Assembly (NCBI GenBank): GCA_964252035.1
Contig: OZ176207.1
Length of the DNA: 64,000 bases
Origin: Podarcis erhardii
Taxonomy: Eukaryota
Strand: one strand, 5' to 3'
Part shown: positions 24,001 to 37,960 of the stretch, piece by piece
Numbering within the stretch: position 1 is the stretch's first letter
Layout: each line of letters opens with the position of its first letter
Made by a program: the position numbers and the translations under genes
The notes under the pieces: generated by a model
Told to the model about the DNA's origin: nothing
What the model saw: only the letters and a program-made list of their open reading frames with translations
Databases searched by the model: none

Positions 24001-25016
24001 GCTTTGAAACTTCATCCTACAGGAAGTATGTATGGCTGTCCCATTGGTTTTAAGTGAATGTCAGAAAAAGTTTTTATTCCACTTAGTTTTTTATAGCTCA
24101 ATGTAAGCTTCATCTTTTAACTGTTGCTCTTTTGACGGTTTTAAATCTGGTTTGTTTTAAAATTTGCTATATTGTATTCTTAATTGTTTTGTAAGGCACC
24201 CTATGAGAGCTTGTACCTTAAAAGGAAGAATATAAAGAATTTCAAAAGAAAAAATCTTTGAATACTACTGGCAGAGGATGATAAGCAGACATAACTTTTG
24301 CATTGGGGCCAGGCAAATCTTTAGAGCTGAGTTATCATGTATGTACACGTAGAACCATGAAGTCCTAGTACCAAGCCCTCTCATTCGATATCCTCCCCCA
24401 AACAACTCGGTGAACGGCTGTGTACAGTATTATATAACTTGCACAATTATATAACTTACTAGTAAATGAAGCTTGCATTCCACAAGCAGAAATACACATT
24501 CCTGGTTGATACTGAAAGTGCGTATAGCCCCAAACTTGAGCTAGTAGAAGCAACAAAACTCCTACACCCTGACATTCTGTCTAGTATGCGGTTTTGGCTC
24601 ACTTTCTGTTGGAGTGCTCCTGGCCTGTTTTATAAGAAAACTTTTTTGCTTCTGGGATTTACTAGAAGCAAAATACCACATTTTCAATAGCCCTATGCAT
24701 GTTTAACTCATCTACTTAAGGCGTACCTAAGTACAGACAAGAGTGGGGCCATAATTTTGGCCCCGGCCCCAACATTGGGTGATTTTTTAAATATAGCAAC
24801 CCTGTGTTATGCACAACTGCCTGTATAGAAAGCATGAGATTTTGTGTGTGTTTAGCAGCTGCCTATAGTTGGGATGCCTGGCCAACCTGATGTTACACTA
24901 CACAAGTTATTATTTAAATTACATATTTTAGACAAACCCTTAACTAATAACCAAGCAAGTTTTTCCAGCAATGGTATTTTTTTTATAATGCATCGGAACA
25001 ATAAACATCAACGTTA

Positions 25017-25368
25017 GTAAAGGTAAAAGGACCCCTGATCATTAGGTCCAGTCGTGACTGACTCTGGGGTTACGGCGTTCATCTCGCTTTATTGGCCGAG
25101 GGAGCCAGTGTACAGCTTCCGGGTCATGGGGCCAGCATGACTAAGCTGCTTCTGGCAAACTAGAGCAGCAAACGGAAACGCCGTTTACCTTCCCGCCAGA
25201 GTGGTACCTATTTATCTACTTGCACTGGCATGCTTTCGAACTGCTAGGTTGGCAGGAGCAGGGACCGAGCAACGGGAGCTCACCCCGTTGCAGGGATTTG
25301 AACCGCCAACCTTCTGATCGGCAAGTCCTAGGCTCTGCGGTTTAACCCACAACACCACCCGCGTCCCC
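25017..25368 (-). mobile_element. Sauria SINE, full length
   Basis: TSD AACATCAACGTTA at 25004-16 and 25369-81. Confidence 0.9.
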
Positions 25369-26870
25369 CAACATCAACGTTACAACCTTACAAATTCTTT
25401 TTCTGTATTTCAATTGTATTATTATTTCACTTGGATGAACCAAAAGAAACACAAGGGGTGACGAAGGATTGTTTTGAAACCTGTGGACCATCTTTTGATC
25501 TCAGCAAAGTCAATCTCAGTTCCTCTTGCTTCTGGGCATGAAGTCTCATAAAAGAGCTATGCAATCTTAGGCAATCTATTTCATAATATGGGTGTGCAAT
25601 ACTGTTGCCTAGTCAGACAGATTCAGCAAACAGTGGTTTATTATAAAACAGAAGTGGAGCCAAAAAGAAAAAAAGTATGCAAATTGCAAAATATAGATTT
25701 TTCTTAGGCAGATACTTTCTTTGCTGCATGACTAAGAAAATAATTACTAAGCAGGACCCCCAAAAAGAGATATTTATAGGTGCACTTCATTTTTAAAACC
25801 TTGCCCCTTCATGATTGGATAATGGGCATCAGTCCACTGCTGATAGTACAAACCAATATCTTAAAAGTCAGAGAGTAATCCAGATAGGAGTTGGAAAAAA
25901 TACAGCAGGGCAGAGCATGGAAGACATCACATACCCAACTTGTAATTACTGTAGTCTCCCTGGAAACATGAATAATTACCATGGAGACAGGCAGGCAAAT
26001 AATACCCACCAAAATATTTTTTTTTTGGGGGGGGGAACCTCCTGAAAAGAAATGGTCAGGAAAAAAGAATGACAGATGCCTCCTTGTTTGTGACAGGTGA
26101 GATTAAGTGGAGGGAATTTAATTTTGCTGGTTTCCCAAAATGGGAGTGTGGGGCATTGTAAAATGCCATTTACCATGTCAAGGAAATTCAGTACAATAAC
26201 ACACCTGTTATCTATTTTTAAGGAACGAATGTGATATATGTGCCTTTATTTTAGAAGTTAGTGTGTTGCAGATTATGTACATGTTAAATTTCAGCTTACT
26301 GTGTGGCCAGAAAGAACTTGAACCATTCTCTTTCTCCCCACCACCATTTTTTTGCCTTGAGAGGCTGGACAGATCCGGAATACTGCAATTGGCAGCAGTA
26401 TTTGCTCCAAAACAGCTTTTTTGTCCGATTTTGCCCAAAAAGCTCAATAACTTTTGGCCAAGACTAAAGAAAAAGGGGGGGAAAAGGGAAGAAGCCCAAC
26501 AACTTTGCCAAAAAAAATCAACAACTTTTCTGTCTGGATTTTCACTGTTTGAAACATGGCACATTTTTAGTCTCTAATTTTGAATGAGTTCTAAACAGAT
26601 CCAGATTTTAGTTTTTAGGTTTGGGGGTGGGGATCTTGGATATTTGTGGCAAATTTCTGGTGTGAAACCCTAATACCTCTGCTGTAATTCTGTAAATCAG
26701 TCTGAGAATCAGTAAGGCTCAACTGTGTATACATACTGTAATTATAGGTTTCTGTGTTGCTTCTGCTGCAAAAGCAAAGCTGCTAAGTCATGCTGACACT
26801 AGGAAGAATCATTTTTGAATGACAAATCCACATGAATTTTCAGGACAGATCTGTTATTTATTCATTTACA

Positions 26871-26871
<1 letters not shown>

Positions 26872-26913
<42 letters not shown>
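26872..26913. repeat. (TA)n microsatellite, about 21 units
   Basis: Direct read. Confidence 0.95.
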
Positions 26914-26918
<5 letters not shown>

Positions 26919-28158
26919 GCTGTATCTTAAAAATATATCACAGTGTATTGCAACAATATAAACCAGACAATAAAATAATAAAAAAGCTAAAAGCAAGTTA
27001 AAAGCGAATGATCCTCAGGGTCGCTTCCTACTCTAGAATTTTATGAGTCTATGAGATTATTGTGGAGGATGTACTCTTAAATGCCTGCATAGGACTGGCA
27101 GAATAGAAAAGTTTTCAGCAAGTGTTTAAAAGATGGCACAGAAGGCAGCCACTGAATCTCTTGGCAAGGTGTTCCACAGGACTTGGCCTATGACACTCAA
27201 TGCTTGATTTCTCATAGCTGCCAAATGAGCTTCACCAACTCAGGGAACGACCAGAGATGTTCTTGCAGATGATCTCAGTAATCAACCTGGAATATAAAGG
27301 TTCAGGTCAGTGGCAGACTTGGGTACAATGGTGCCCTGTGCGAGGCCAAAATCGTGCGATCAGCCCCTCCACTGCCTTCCCAAAGATGGGCAAGGAGGCA
27401 CCTACTGTAGCTTTGGAAAGGAAAGGCTTGAGGACTTTGCCAAAGTCCTAGAGCCCTCCCACCTCCTTCTCAAAGCTGGGAAAGTGCTAACTAGGCTTTG
27501 GGAAAGAAGTTGAAGACTCTAGGACCTTGCCAGAGTCTCACACCTCCTTCCCAAAGCCCAGCTCCACACATACAGGTCTTTGAGACAGCGCCCTCTTGAC
27601 TCAGCACCCAAGATTTGCACAGCCCTAAATTCTCCCCTGTTCAGGTGGAGGTATCCTGAACCCAAGTTGTAAAGGGATTTGAAAATCAATACAAGGACCT
27701 TGAAGCTGGTTCGGTAGCAGATGAGCACCCAGTGCAGATGCTTTATCAAGTGTCCCATTGGCAATCAGGCCACAGCATTCTGCACCAGCTAGAGTTTCCG
27801 AACCAGACCCAAGGGCAACCCCACATACAGCGCATTCCAGTAATCTAGACCCAAGGTTACCAATGCATAGACTGCAGTGGTCAGGCTATTCCTGTTCAGA
27901 AATGGTGGTAGTTGATGAACCAAATCAAGCTGGTTAAAGGCACTCGTAGCCACAGAGGACACTTGGGCTCCTAGGGGCAAATTGGTATCCACGAATAACC
28001 CCAAACTACATACTTGCTCCTTCAGAGGGTGTGCAACCCCATCCAGTGCAGGTAACTTGACAATTTCCTGAACACGGCAACCACCCACCCAAAGAGCCTC
28101 CATATGCCCATGATTCAAACACAGTTTATGGGCCCTCATCCAGTCCACCACTTCATTC

Positions 28159-28972
28159 TGTAGCAGGAACCCCCACCCCCACCCCAATCATTCTGTTTGT
28201 ACAAACTTCACACACACTCACACTCACACACTACATACGCCACACTTCTGTTATAAATTCATAAGAAAATCAACCATACATCGGATTTGCACTGTTCCAT
28301 TTTTATTTTACTCCATGAAGGAAGGACTACAAAATGGGGGTTTGATACAGGGCAGCCATAATCCCTTCACTATCCCAGCACATCTACAGGAGCCCTGCCC
28401 AGTTATGGCTATGCCAACCCTGATGATCCCAGACAGAAGACAATCAAGATCACAAAGAACTTGCATATGGGAGTGGCTATGCCAACCCTGATGATCCGAG
28501 ACAGTAGACAATCAAGATCACAAAGAACTTGCATATGGGAGTGGATTCAGCATGGACTGAAACAAAGGACACTGATCAGATCTTTCCTCAGGGGGCAGGA
28601 AACTGCAAACTCCCCTTTGTCTCCTGGAAGTGACTCATGGGGAGGGGGAGAGAAGGGAACCAGCCAGGTGACAGGACACTCAGGTTACCACCACAACTCC
28701 TCCCTCAACCCCTCCTTTTCTGTAATGTATGCATTCTGTAATGTTTCTGGGGGTGGGCTTGACCTAGAGGAGGGGAATTTCAAAAGTTTTTATAAGGTCT
28801 TGCACACCATTTTTCTGGGTCTTTCCTCTCACCTACAAGTGAGGGGAGCACCCTGTCGTGACAGTCTTTCTTCAATAAAGACCAAGCCTACAGGCTGCTG
28901 ATTTGCTCCAATTTACTCTGGTTGGTGTCTTTACTTTTTGTCCAAAGGAGCCCTCGGATTTTTACGGTAACA
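28159..28972 (+). mobile_element. Solo LTR (814 bp)
   Basis: TGT...ACA ends, 4-bp TSD ATTC (28155-58, 28973-76), AATAAA near 28874, internal ~70-bp tandem duplication at about 28405-28545. Removal restores the L2 reading frame. Confidence 0.8.
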
Positions 28973-29155
28973 ATTCAGACACCTATCCAAAGCTTTCACA
29001 GCCTCTCTGGATTCAGATGTTATGGAGAAGTAGAGCTGCGTGTCATCAGCATTCTGGTGACACCAAGCTCCAAAACATCTAATGATTGCATCCAATGGCT
29101 TTGTACAGATATTAAACAGCACTGGGGAGAGAATAGTACCCTGTGGAAGCCCATA

Positions 29156-29293
29156 CAGTGGTTCTCAACCTATGGGTCCCAAGATGTTGTTGGACTACAA
29201 CTCCCATCATCTCTGAGCTCTGACCTTGCTAGCTAAGGGTGATGGGAGTTGTAGTTCAACAACATCTGGGGACCCACAGGTTGAGAAAGGCTG
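29156..29293. mobile_element. Palindromic hAT-type MITE (ACTACAACTCCCA family)
   Basis: Near-complete internal palindrome; diverged relatives near 33090-33215, 37300-37475 and 44030-44105. No TSD seen. Confidence 0.7.
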
Positions 29294-30708
29294 CCACAAA
29301 TGTTTCCAAGTGTGGAATTGGGGTGGAGGGTGCCTGTCACAAGCTATCCACTCAAGGGCTGAAACAAAGTAGCCCAAACATTTAAACTTTACTGATAAAG
29401 CCGGCAATACTAACCTGTATAGCCAATGTTGCTTTAATGGTATCATCATCATCAATGTAATAAGTGCTTGTTCAGCAAAAAAATGTGTGTGTTGGATTTT
29501 GATATGATCGCTGCATGCATCTTATGTGAGAGTGATTAATCATGCAAGCAAAGCATTCATCAAAAGTTGAGAAATGGACTAAAACTGAAAAATAGGGTGT
29601 TTACAAAAGTGGAACAAATGGCAAAGAAGAACACTGGTGAGATGCATCTCACCTGACGCATCAGTTGGTCCAGGATTGGCAGTAGCTGGAACACTGCAGT
29701 CGGAAGCAGTGTCTGGGTGGAAAACGCAGGAATGTCTGGGAAAATCTGGACGTATGGCAACTTTGGGCATCAAAAGCTTTTGTGCTCAGATTGTCACTTT
29801 TTGAAATATGGCACATCTACTCAATAGCAACCCACAAGAAACGTCCAAGGATCACACCCAGCAACCAAGATATCAGCATTGAAACTTTTGTGCAAAAGTG
29901 TATAGCATTCTATTAACTCAGTGGCCTCGCATTTTATACCTCTGTTTTGCCACAAGGTGGTAGGCTTGTTTCACATGAAGAAAAATGGTTCTAGAAACTG
30001 AAGTGCAATTTAACATGGGCAGTCTCTCAAAAGCAAACATAAAAATGCAAGAAAGAAAAATACATAATAAAAACAGGAACAAAGCAAAAAAACAAACAAA
30101 CAAACAAACAAAAGAAACAAAACAAAAACCCCAACAACCCACAAACCAAAGAAAATCACTCTTCTCAATGGTCAAAGCCAGAGCTTGGAGCAGCGTTTTG
30201 CAGTGTGAGATAGAAGGTAGCAAGAAAGAGATTTACAGCAACGTCTGAAAGCAGTGTTTGATTTCTCTTTGAATCCAAGGCTGTAGCTATGGGAGAAACA
30301 AGATCCTTTTGTGGTGTTAATGCTGTGAACCCCTTCAACGAATCATATATCATGGAGAAACCGCAGTCTCCGCTGTGCCTCTTTCCCAAAAGAAACACAT
30401 ACCTTAGATAAGTGCCTGGAACCCCTGGAATCTCTCACCACTCAGAGAATCAGGTGATATGCAACAATATTTAGGAAATGAACATTAACTGCTAATCAGC
30501 AGTGTTCCTTGAGACGTCACAGTGATTCTACATTGAGAGTAAATACCATGGGTGATTGGGTACAATGCATTTGCATTCTAAATAGATGGAGTTTGTGAAG
30601 CCATTTGATCAGGAGAGGCAAAATGCACTGTCTGAGCTCATAATTGCTATGGAGAAGCGTAGAATTACTATCAGGAGAAGAAATGAGCTTCAGGCTCATT
30701 CAGCGCAA

Positions 30709-31080
30709 GGAGCAGGTGGCGCTGTGATCTAAACCACTGAGCTTCTTGGGTTTGCTAATTTGATTTGATCAGCTGTTCAAATCCACATGATGGGATGAGC
30801 CCCCGTTGCTCTGTCCCAGCTTCTGCCAACCTAGCAGTTTGAAAGCACATCAGTGCAAGTAGATAAATAGGTACCACTGCGGTGGGAAGGTAAACAGCAT
30901 TTCCGTGCACTCTGGTTTCTGTCACAGTGTTCCAGAAGCAGTTTAGTCATGCCAGCCACATGACCCAGAAAGCTGTCTGTAGACAAATGCCAGCTCCCTT
31001 GGCCTGAAAGTGAGATGAGCACCACACTCCATAGACGCCTTTGACTGGACTTCACCATCCAGGGGTCCTTTACCTTACCC
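30709..31080 (+). mobile_element. Sauria SINE, older long subfamily
   Basis: Diverged body with extra internal segment (TGTCTGTAGACAAATGCC); tail GGGGTCCTTTACC. Confidence 0.8.
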
Positions 31081-31623
31081 CAGGAAAAGCAGGAAAAGGT
31101 TGCCAACTCCTTCGGTATTGGAAGTTAGGAACAGACTAGATCAGTCCCCTGTAGATCTTGTGTCCATATTTTTGTGCTTCTGTTAAGATTGCATATTTTT
31201 AGACTGGGGGAAGAGGAGAGTGTTGCTTTATAGCACTGCTGATTTTCCACGAGGTGTTAAAGAACAACCAGGTTACATCCATATGGTGCTTCCGACCTAC
31301 GCTTCCCATATGGCTATGCAAAAGTTTGTTTGGGTAAATGCCCTGCCGCTAAATGATTATCACCACAGGATGAAATTAATCTCCACAGAAGGGTGTGACT
31401 ACTGTTGCTACTTCAGAAGCTGTTCAAGAAGCAGAGTGTGAAACCACTTCTCTAGAGTTTATGTGGGGCTCTTAAGCCTTGGCAGTTCTTATGGTGGCTG
31501 GAAAAGACACTTATATGAAGATGAGGGGATTTTTGTGACATGAGAATGGCTGTGCCAATTTTAAACCAAGAACCAGGAAGTAGAAACAGGGATTGATTTC
31601 CCCAACTGCATCTTGAGACAAAC

Positions 31624-31977
31624 GGGATGCGGGTGGTGCTGTGGGTTAAACCACAGAGCCTAGGACTTGCCGATCAGAAGGTCGGTGGTTTGAATCCCCT
31701 TGACAGGGTGAGCTCCCGTTGCGCGGTCCCTGCTCCTGCCAACCTAGCAGTTCAAAAGCACATCAAAGTGCAAGTAGATAAATAGGTACTGCTCCAGCGG
31801 GAAGGTAAACGGCATTTCTGTGTGCTGCTCTGGTTCGCTAGAAGTGGCTTAGTCATGCTGGCCACATGACCTGGAAGCTGTACGCTGGCTCCCTCGGTCA
31901 ATAAAGCAAGATGAGCGCCACAACCCCAGAGTCGGTCACGACTGGACCTAATGGTCAGGGGTCCCTTTACCTTTACC
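31624..31977 (+). mobile_element. Sauria SINE, full length
   Basis: TSD ATCTTGAGACA at 31610-20 and 31979-89. Confidence 0.9.
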
Positions 31978-34182
31978 TATCTTGAGACAGAATAAATATA
32001 CTGGTGTACCCTATGTTCCTATGTTAAAACATAATAGATGCATGGAGTTTTCTGTATAAAAACAAGCCATGAGGACCAGACCTTATAAAACTGTCACACT
32101 GTGGTTCATTTCTGCCTGAAGGAAGGCAAGACATAAATGTAACACATTAAAAAGAAAACACTCTGTGAGGAAGACAGATATTACTTTTTGGTTTATTGGC
32201 TGCTGTATAGAATGACCTCCATATGAAATCAGTAGAGAAGTTCATAGATACTTTATGACTTACCCAAAGGCAGTGTTCTCAGTTGGAATTCTTTCTTTTC
32301 ATCTTTGCTTGCAAATAAAGCCCTCTAGGTGAAGGGAAGAATGGAAACAGCACCAGCTTTCTCAAATTAAGTCATGCCAGGAATGTGGGGGTGGGCAATA
32401 GAATTTTTTTTAAAATTGCCTCTTAATATCACAACTTTTAAAAGCACATCCAGCTCCAAACCATATTCTGCACTTTCTAGGACACTTTGGGTCACAGTTT
32501 TTAAGGAGGGAAAAAGCTACCCTACATTTCATCTTTCCCCGTGCTCCTCCAATATACCAGCCAAAGAGAAAGCTCTCATATAAAAACATTTGTCTATTTA
32601 ATTAATATATATTCCGCTTAATATTTCAACCAATATCTAACCAAAAGGAAACAATAAGAAAATTACAATGCAAATTCTGCATTCAGAGTCAAACAAGAAT
32701 GATGCTGCTAACTCGCAATAGTTCCACATTTTAAACAAGATAATTAAACAGGGACCCAAGGCAGCTTACAGATAAAAATAAGAACAATTAAAAACACTGG
32801 GGAAGACAATCATAGTTAAAACTACACCCACGCACACCCACACACCCCATTAAAAGCATACTAATAATTACAATAAAAACAGCATGGTACAAGCCATTTC
32901 ATTAAAAGCAGTCAGTTCCCAAAAGTGCGCTGGAACAAGATGTCTTCCTTCACCTGCTGGCAGAAGGACAAGGAGGGAGCCAGCCTAACTTCTCTAGGGA
33001 GGGAGTTGCAGTGTCCGGGGGGCAGCCACCAAAAAGGCCCTCTTGGTGTTGCTTCTTGCCATTCACTTGCACAGGAATGAGGAACCTATTGCCCTCCAGA
33101 AGCTGTTAAGACTACAACTCCCATAATCCCTGACCACTGGCCACGCTGGATGGGGCTAATGGGAACTGGAGGCCAACTGTATCTGGAAAGCCACACATTC
33201 CCAACGCTGCACTAGCATATCCATCATCCTGTGGCATTTTCTGTGTTGACAGTATTTCCTTGCACTCCCCAACCCTATGGCAGTTGAGATGCTTTTAAAG
33301 ATTTCTTAGAGATCTTTGCAATTCAAGCAAATCATTTCTTCTAGATGCTATCTGAATGACTGGCTGATTTAAGGTCTCCCTTCTCCAGCATCTCCCTGTG
33401 TCCTGGCTCACATTGTTCAGAAAGGTCCCTGGAGAGGTTTTGTGGGTCACAGATGGCTGCTGTGGAGGGGCGGGGAGAGGGAGGAAAACAAAACTTTCCT
33501 TCTATCAACTTCTTTAAGTTAACTTTTTAAAGGAACAAGCCCCTACTTATCTTCTATGCAACCTCACAAAATGTTTGAAAACCAGCCAGGTTACCTCCTT
33601 CCACGCCAATCACATTGCTTCATCATTTCAAGATCTCTTATTTGCATCTACAGTATGTAATTTGCTAGTGATGATAGGGAAAATTGCCTTGGTGGAATTT
33701 TTGCCTGTCGAAATGAATATGTCAGTGGGATGCCAATCTAAAGTGAGCTTGGAAAAGTGCTTGCTACTTTACCTACACAGAAGCTAACAGAAGCTATGTG
33801 TGGCAGGCAGAAATTCAACAGATGCAACCTTCCCAATCACTGTGTCTCCATGCCAGGAACAGGGTAATGGAATTTTGAATTCTGCACATTAATATCAATG
33901 TAATCATCTTGTGCACCTCCTTCTGGCAAACCCTGCAGCCAAGCTGGTGAAAATATATTGCTCTGCTTTCCTTTGGACCACACCAAAGAGGCTGGGGCTG
34001 TGTGTGTCTTGTCATCTGGGCAGTCCAGGACCTCCATACACACTGTCCAGGCTTGTGTCCCAGAGAGGTCAGTGCTGCTAATGAAGCAAAAACAAAGCAA
34101 GAGGCAGCAGTTATGACTTACTGGTCTCTCCAGCCACAGCAGCCGCTGTGATTCTCCAGTAGTACATAATCAATGTACTGTA

Positions 34183-34408
34183 CAGTGGTACCCCGGGTTA
34201 AGTACTTAATTCGTTCCGGAGGTTCGTTCTTAACCTGAAACTGTTCTTAACCTGAAGCACCACTTTAGCTAATGGGGCCTCCCGCTGCTGCCGCACCGCC
34301 GGAGCACGATTTCTGTTCTCATCCTGAAGCAAAGTTCTTAACCCGAGGTACTATTTCTGGGTTAGCGGAGTCTGTAATCTGAAGCGTATGTAACCCGAGG
34401 TACCACTG
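34183..34408. mobile_element. Tc1/mariner MITE
   Basis: TIR CAGTGGTACC(C/T)CGGGTTA, TA TSD. Confidence 0.88.
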
Positions 34409-34647
34409 TACTATAAAATAAATAAGACAGTATTGTAGATGGAAAAAAAATAACATTTTTTTTTCCTTACGTGCACTGAGGGTGGGTGGGCTTACCTGGC
34501 TTCAAGCTGGGGGTGGGGTCAGTAAAGAGCTGATTCACTTTGGCCAGGGTCACTTTTCCCCCCTTCCAGGCCAGGTTCTTCTCTGGACTTCCTCAGGTTC
34601 GTTCCTCAGCAGGGTTTGGGGCTGCAGTGTGCCCTGCTGTGCCTCTT

Positions 34648-35276
34648 AGAATAGAATCATAGAATCATAGAGTTGGAAGAGACCACAAGGGCCATCGAGT
34701 CCAACCCCCTGCCAAGCAGGAAACACCATCAGAGCACTCCTGACATATGGTTGTCAAGCCTCTGCTTAAAGACCTCCAAAGAAGGAGACTCCACCACACT
34801 CCTTGGCAGCAAATTCCACTGTCAAACAGCTCTTACTGTCAGGAAGTTCTTCCTAATGTTTAAGTGGAATCTTCTTTCTTGTAGTTTGGAACCATTGCTC
34901 CGTGTCCGCTTCTCTGGAGCAGCAGAAAACAACCTTTCTCCCTCCTCTATGTGACATCCTTTTATATATTTGAACATGGCTATCATATCACCCCTTAACC
35001 TCCTCTTCTCCAGACTAAACATGCCCAGTTCCCTTAGCCGTTCCTCATAAGGCATCGTTTCCAGGCCTTTGACCATTTTGGTTGCCCTCCTCTGGACACG
35101 TTCCAGTTTGTCAGTGTCCTTCTTGAACTGTGGTGCCCAGAACTGGACACAGTACTCCAGGTGAGGTCTGACCAGAGCAGAATACAGTGGCACTATTACT
35201 TCCCTTGATCTAGATGCTATACTCCTATTGATGCAGCCCAGAATTGCATTGGCTTTTTTAGCTGCCGCGTCACACA
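34648..35276 (-). mobile_element. CR1 LINE 3' fragment
   Basis: [43 protein letters not shown]; (ATTCTATG)n tail. Confidence 0.92.
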
Positions 35277-35485
35277 AACCTCGGGTTAAGAACTTTGCTT
35301 CAGGATGAGAACAGAAATCGTGCTCCGGCGGTGAGGCAGCAGCGGGACGCCCCATGTCATTTTGAGCGTCTGTGCATGCGCAAGCGGCGAAACCTGGAAG
35401 TAATGCATTCCGTTACTTCCGGGTCATAATGGAGTGCAACCCGAAAATGCTCGACCTGAAGCAACTTTAACCTGAGGTATGACTG
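35277..35485. mobile_element. Truncated or chimeric Tc1/mariner MITE
   Basis: Right end GAGGTATGACTG+TA; left part is the reverse complement of the 34275-34348 interior; left TIR absent at the CR1 junction. Confidence 0.7.
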
Positions 35486-36610
35486 TATAGCAAAACAGAC
35501 TGGTGTCGTCTGAGGCAATGTACGCATTGGCAGCTTGAAATTCAGCAAGGCTGCTTCCCCCTGCTGTGTTGCAAATCACATTTGAACATTGCTCTGCACA
35601 TCAGAGAAGGGGGGGGGGGAATGTCTTCATCCAATGTACATTACCTGGCTTGGTTGCCTCGCCCCTGCAACCTCCCCAACCTTCCATCGCGAAACCGTCA
35701 CCTGCAGATGTGTCATCATTTGCGCATGCGCAAAGGCTGCCTCAAATGTGCACACCTCAGCTTAACTGCGAATTCTTTTTCAAATTGAATGGAAGTTTGG
35801 TCTGAGGAAAGACACATCAAACGGCAGAATTTCTCAAGAAACTGCAGGATCGGATGGAGTTACTGCTAACATCATGTGTACACGGCTTGCAATACCAGCA
35901 GAGGGAGTGCCCTGGAACCAGAGTTCTGAGAAGAAGAGCACACTGGAAAGCTGAAAGGCATCTATATCATCAAAACCTTCAATGCCATGGACTTAGAATC
36001 AGAGTAGAAAGAATGGATTAAAGAGGCGTATGATAAAATGTCGTTTTAAAACCCCATTCAAGTACCTGACCTAAACTTGTTTGAACTCAAAATACCAGAG
36101 GGCCAGATCAACGCCCACTTTCCCTTTTTTTCATTCTTTTCCTTTCTCCCCTGAAGGCTGAACAAATTACAAAGCATTCACTTTAAAATAAAGAGCGCTT
36201 GTGACATCTGTAACTGAGAACTCAGCATTAATTCACTGCGGCTGTTGTACTTGAAAGGAAAAAATATGTGCCTTTGCAGCATCGAAAGCCAGTGCTTCTC
36301 ATCTGATGGCTGAGCCAAATGAATGATGTAACACCACGTATGGTCACCAGAAAAGCAGCAGGAAGATGCCATCTGGATGGTCTGAGTTCTCCCAAGACAC
36401 TTCCTTTCCAGGAAAAAGAGCTCCAGAATAAAATAAAATAAAATTTGGCGATGTATAAAAATAGGTTGTCCAGATGCTTAGAGAATGGCACACAGCTGAC
36501 TCACACAACTGGATTCCAGCACATTTATGGATGCCCTGTGCAAGCTGTCTGACAATTAGAGGGAAATTAACACATCCCACCTCTCTGATAGGGCAGCTTT
36601 ACCCCTTTTA

Positions 36611-37270
36611 CATCACCTCCCATCACCTCCTGGCAAATAGAAGGGGAAGAAATGGAGGCAGTGAGAGATTTTACTTTCTTGGGCTCCATGATCACTGCAG
36701 ATGGTGACAGCAGCCACGAAATTAAAAGACGCCTGCTTCTTGGGAGAAAAGCAATGACAAACCTAGACAGCATCTTGAAAAGTAGAGACATCACCTTGCC
36801 AACAAAGGTCCGTATAGTAAAAGCTATGGTTTTCCCAGTAGTGATGTATGGAAGTGAGAGCTGGACCATAGAGAAGGCTGATCATTGAAGAATTGATGCT
36901 TTTGAATTATGGTGCTGGAGGAGACTCTTGAGAGTCCCGTGGACTGCAAGAAGATCAAACCTATCCATTTTTAAGGAAATCAGCCCTGAGTGCTCACTAG
37001 AAGGACAGATCATGAAGCTGAGGCTCCAGTACTTTGGCTGCCTCATGAGAATAGAGGACTACCTGGAAAAGACCCTGATGTTGGGAAAGATGGAGGGCAC
37101 AAGGAGAAGGGGACGACAGAGGACAAGATGGTTGGACAGTGTTCTCGAAGCTACCAGCATGAGTTTGGCCAAACTGCGGGAGGCAGTGGAAGACAGAAGT
37201 GCCTGGCATGCTCTGGTCCTGGGGGTCATGAAGAGTCGAACATCACTAAACGACTAAACAACAACAAAAC
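36611..37270 (+). mobile_element. Bov-B (RTE) LINE 3' fragment
   Basis: MEAVRDFTFLGSMITADGDSSHEIKRRLLLGRKAM...; (CAA)n tail; possible TSD CCCTTTTA at 36603-10 and 37274-81. Confidence 0.92.
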
Positions 37271-37619
37271 AAACCCTTTTAACTGTGTAGGCAGACAGCT
37301 TCTAGAGCAGGGACATGGCCCTTCAGAGGTTGTCGAACTCCAGCTCCCATTCAGCATGACCAGTGTTCATGACTGCTGGGAGCTGTAGTCCAGCAATGTC
37401 TGACAGGCCACAAGTTCCCCACCCTTGCTCTGGTGTAGCCTTCCCCAACCTGGTGCCCTCTAGATGTTTTGGACTGCCCCTGATTAATGGTATCTGATTT
37501 ATTTATTTTAAAAAAGCAAGCTGCTGTTCACTACCCTTAGCTCCAAAGCAGGGTACGATGTCACTAAAAGAGGAGTAAAATGCATAGTAATATAGCAGCA
37601 AAACACACCATTGTAAACA

Positions 37620-37960
37620 GACTTTGTTGGCATCAGTTTGTCTCGGGAGACAATGGAGGAGCGAGCCTTTGCGGGCGAAGTCAAACTGTTGGAAGATTAC
37701 AGCACCTGCTGTGGCCGTAGAGACCGATGTTGGAGACACATGTTCGTTGCAGCTGGAGCAGATGAAGGCATCCAGATGTGCTGCTGCAGATGCACCAAGG
37801 GGTTTCTTCTCTCTGCACTCCTCCCAGTGGACATCCCTCTTCTGATCACTGCTGTGGACGCATGACCTGTCTCCAGGCACTGCGGTCATCTGCAAGGGAT
37901 TCCCATATGGCACGGTTGATGTTGCCAGCCTTCGCGTCATGTCTGCAGACATTTATTGGC
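37620..37960 (-). mobile_element. Old RTE-clade LINE C-terminal remnant
   Basis: FICSSCNEH zinc-finger remnant and a DVCxRDM-like segment. Confidence 0.55.

Larger units (their letters stand above)
26855..29155 (-). mobile_element. L2 LINE 3' fragment, interrupted by a solo LTR
   Basis: HQNADDTQLYFS (YADD-derived) at about 29050 and SAFNQLDLVHQL...LDYWNALYVGLP at about 27850; frameshifted and decayed. Confidence 0.82.

Noticed and set aside
28405-28545. Tandem repeats here and at 43661-43780 as CRISPR-like arrays
   Set aside because: Head-to-tail duplications without spacers, inside LTR U3 regions of a vertebrate genome.
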